A DNA stretch of 64,000 bases, from contig DATJWY010000068.1 of NCBI GenBank assembly GCA_035500775.1, positions 567 to 64,566 of the forward strand, given 5' to 3'. The notes under the pieces were generated by a model, which had not been told where the DNA came from, did not search any database, and saw nothing but the letters and a program-made list of their open reading frames with translations. The DNA is from Acetobacteraceae bacterium. Lineage in GTDB: Bacteria > Pseudomonadota > Alphaproteobacteria > Acetobacterales > Acetobacteraceae. This document shows positions 62,647-64,000 of the stretch, piece after piece (within the stretch, counting starts at the first letter, position 1; every line of letters starts with the position of its first letter). A program made the position numbers and the translations under genes.

Positions 62647-64000
62647 ATGGGACAACACGTAGCGCCCCAGCCCCGGCGCGGCGCACCGGACGACAGCCGG
62701 CGTCTGCAACTCATCGAGACCACCCTCGACACGCTGGCGGAATGCGGTTTCGTCGGCACCACGCTCGCGCGCATCGCCGAGCGGGCGCAGATCTCGCCTG
62801 GCCTGATCGCGCATTATTTCGGGGATAAGGACGGTCTGCTGGAAGCTGCGTTCCGCTCCGTGGCGCGTCGCCTCGCCCGCAATGTGCAGGCCAGGCTCGC
62901 GCATGCGCGCACCCCGCGGGAGCGCGTGCAGGCGGTGATCGATGCCAATCTCGGCACCGAGGAATTCGATCAGCGCGTCGGCTCGGTCTGGCTCGCCTTC
63001 TGGGGGCAGGTACCGCACCAGCTGCGGCTGAACCGCGTGCAGATGGTCTATCAGCGCCGCATGCTGTCGAATCTGCGGCACGGGCTGAATGCGCTCGTGC
63101 CCCGGGAGCAGGCGGAAAAACTCGCCGCGATGACGGCGGCGATGATCGACGGCGTGTGGCTGCGCGCGGCGCTCTCCGGCTGGGCGGAAGCCGACAGCGA
63201 AAGCGCCCGGCGGCTGCTCACGAGTTTCCTGGATAGTTGCCTTGCCGGTGCGCCGCGGCCGGCGCCGATACCGGCGCCGGCCATCCTGCGGCGCGACACC
63301 CGTTACGGCCTCACCCGCGCCTATATCGGCGGCCGCTCCGTCGATGCGCATGGCGATCTGTTCGAGACGATTGACCCCGCCACCGGCGAGGTGATCGCGC
63401 AGGTGCAGGCGGCGAACGCGGCGGATGTTGATGCCGCCGTGGCGGCCGCGCGGCGCGGCCAAACCATCTGGGCCGCGATGACCGGGGCGGAGCGGGGCCG
63501 TATCCTGCGCCGCGCCGCTGACAAATTGCGCGAGCACAACGCGGAACTCGCCGAGATCGAGACACGCGACACTGGTAAGCCGATCCAGGAGACGAGCGTC
63601 GTCGATATCCTTTCCGGCGCCGACTGCCTGGAATATTTCGGCGCCCAGGCGGCGACGATGACCGGCGAGCAGGTCGATCTCGGCTCGGCAGCCTTCGGCT
63701 ATACGCGGCGCGAGCCGCTGGGCGTCGTCGCCGGCATTGGCGCCTGGAACTATCCGATCCAGATTGCCTGCTGGAAGGCGGCGCCGGCGCTGGCCTGCGG
63801 CAATGCCATGCTGTTCAAGCCGGCCGAACTGACGCCGCTCACCGCTGTCCGGCTGGCGGAGATCCTGAGTGCCGCCGGGCTGCCGGATGGCGTGTTCAAT
63901 GTCGTACAAGGCTTCGGCGATACCGGGCGTATGCTCACCGCGCATCCCGACATCCGCAAGGTTTCGCTGACCGGCGAGGTCGGCACCGGCAAGGCGGTGA
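62647..64000 (+). CDS. betIB: BetI (TetR-type choline-responsive repressor) fused in frame to betaine-aldehyde dehydrogenase BetB (3' end beyond the window)
   Basis: Own codon-by-codon translation from the ATG at 62647 finds no stop through 64000. BetI part: ..[62 protein letters not shown].. A linker follows: ..[21 protein letters not shown].. BetB part: ..[78 protein letters not shown].. It is absent from the ORF track because it is open-ended. Confidence 0.85.
   Translation, partial: MGQHVAPQPRRGAPDDSRRLQLIETTLDTLAECGFVGTTLARIAERAQISPGLIAHYFGDKDGLLEAAFRSVARRLARNVQARLAHARTPRERVQAVIDANLGTEEFDQRVGSVWLAFWGQVPHQLRLNRVQMVYQRRMLSNLRHGLNALVPREQAEKLAAMTAAMIDGVWLRAALSGWAEADSESARRLLTSFLDSCLAGAPRPAPIPAPAILRRDTRYGLTRAYIGGRSVDAHGDLFETIDPATGEVIAQVQAANAADVDAAVAAARRGQTIWAAMTGAERGRILRRAADKLREHNAELAEIETRDTGKPIQETSVVDILSGADCLEYFGAQAATMTGEQVDLGSAAFGYTRREPLGVVAGIGAWNYPIQIACWKAAPALACGNAMLFKPAELTPLTAVRLAEILSAAGLPDGVFNVVQGFGDTGRMLTAHPDIRKVSLTGEVGTGKAV

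Noticed and set aside
62626-63945. 439-aa minus-strand ORF opposite betI-betB; also 6673..7974 (+) opposite fliG and 19876..21318 (-) opposite the integrase-like and bactofilin genes
   Set aside because: All are antisense to frames with clear family signatures and have shadow-type composition.
1-64000. rRNA, tRNA, CRISPR arrays, IS elements/transposases and toxin-antitoxin pairs
   Set aside because: None was recognised by eye in any intergenic region or ORF translation. tRNA or small-RNA detection by eye is unreliable, so tRNAscan-SE/Infernal should confirm this.

Overview
High-GC (about 65% by eye) alphaproteobacterial-type chromosomal window. Positions 1..50527 form an almost complete flagellar/motility supercluster in at least ten transcription units on both strands. 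Genes recognised: flgI-L-K-E, motB, fliG-P-N-H-F, fliL-M, a motE-like gene, fliJ, a rod-binding flgJ-like gene, flagellin, flaF-flbT-flaG, a DUF1217-type gene, fliI, flgB-C, fliE-Q, flhA, fliR, flhB, motA, flgF-G-A-H, flgD, fliK and cheY-cheZ. The FlaF/FlbT, MotE-like and DUF1217-type genes and a muramidase-less FlgJ with a separate SLT enzyme point to an alphaproteobacterium. I cannot assign a genus. Four non-canonical modules interrupt the cluster. (i) 16.6-21.8 kb holds a tandem-duplicated ParB/Srx-like protein, an integrase homolog without catalytic residues, a bactofilin and two unknowns. (ii) 35.2-38.5 kb holds a second FlbT, a short LuxR-type HTH protein, a small membrane ORF and minCDE. 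(iii) A membrane-anchored trypsin-like protease lies at 15.0-15.9 kb. (iv) A 781-aa secreted repeat protein follows motA. The right end (50.7-64 kb) is metabolic or unknown. It carries three uncharacterised ORFs, a fatty-acid desaturase, and a PPDK-like enzyme lacking its PEP/pyruvate domain that is translationally coupled to a large PhoU/DUF47-like protein. It also carries an orphan ABC-2 permease, a choline/betaine ABC transporter, and a betI-betB reading frame that is continuous (fused) in this sequence. The most interesting sequence-level signal is an oriented TGCGAAA(T) box recurring in nearly all intergenic regions of the motility cluster, including those of minC, the bactofilin and the ParB-like gene. 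I saw no rRNA, tRNA, CRISPR array or IS element by eye. Many long ORFs in the track are antisense shadows typical of high-GC DNA. Where the track extends an ORF upstream, start codons were re-chosen using RBS and overlap logic, so they remain uncertain.
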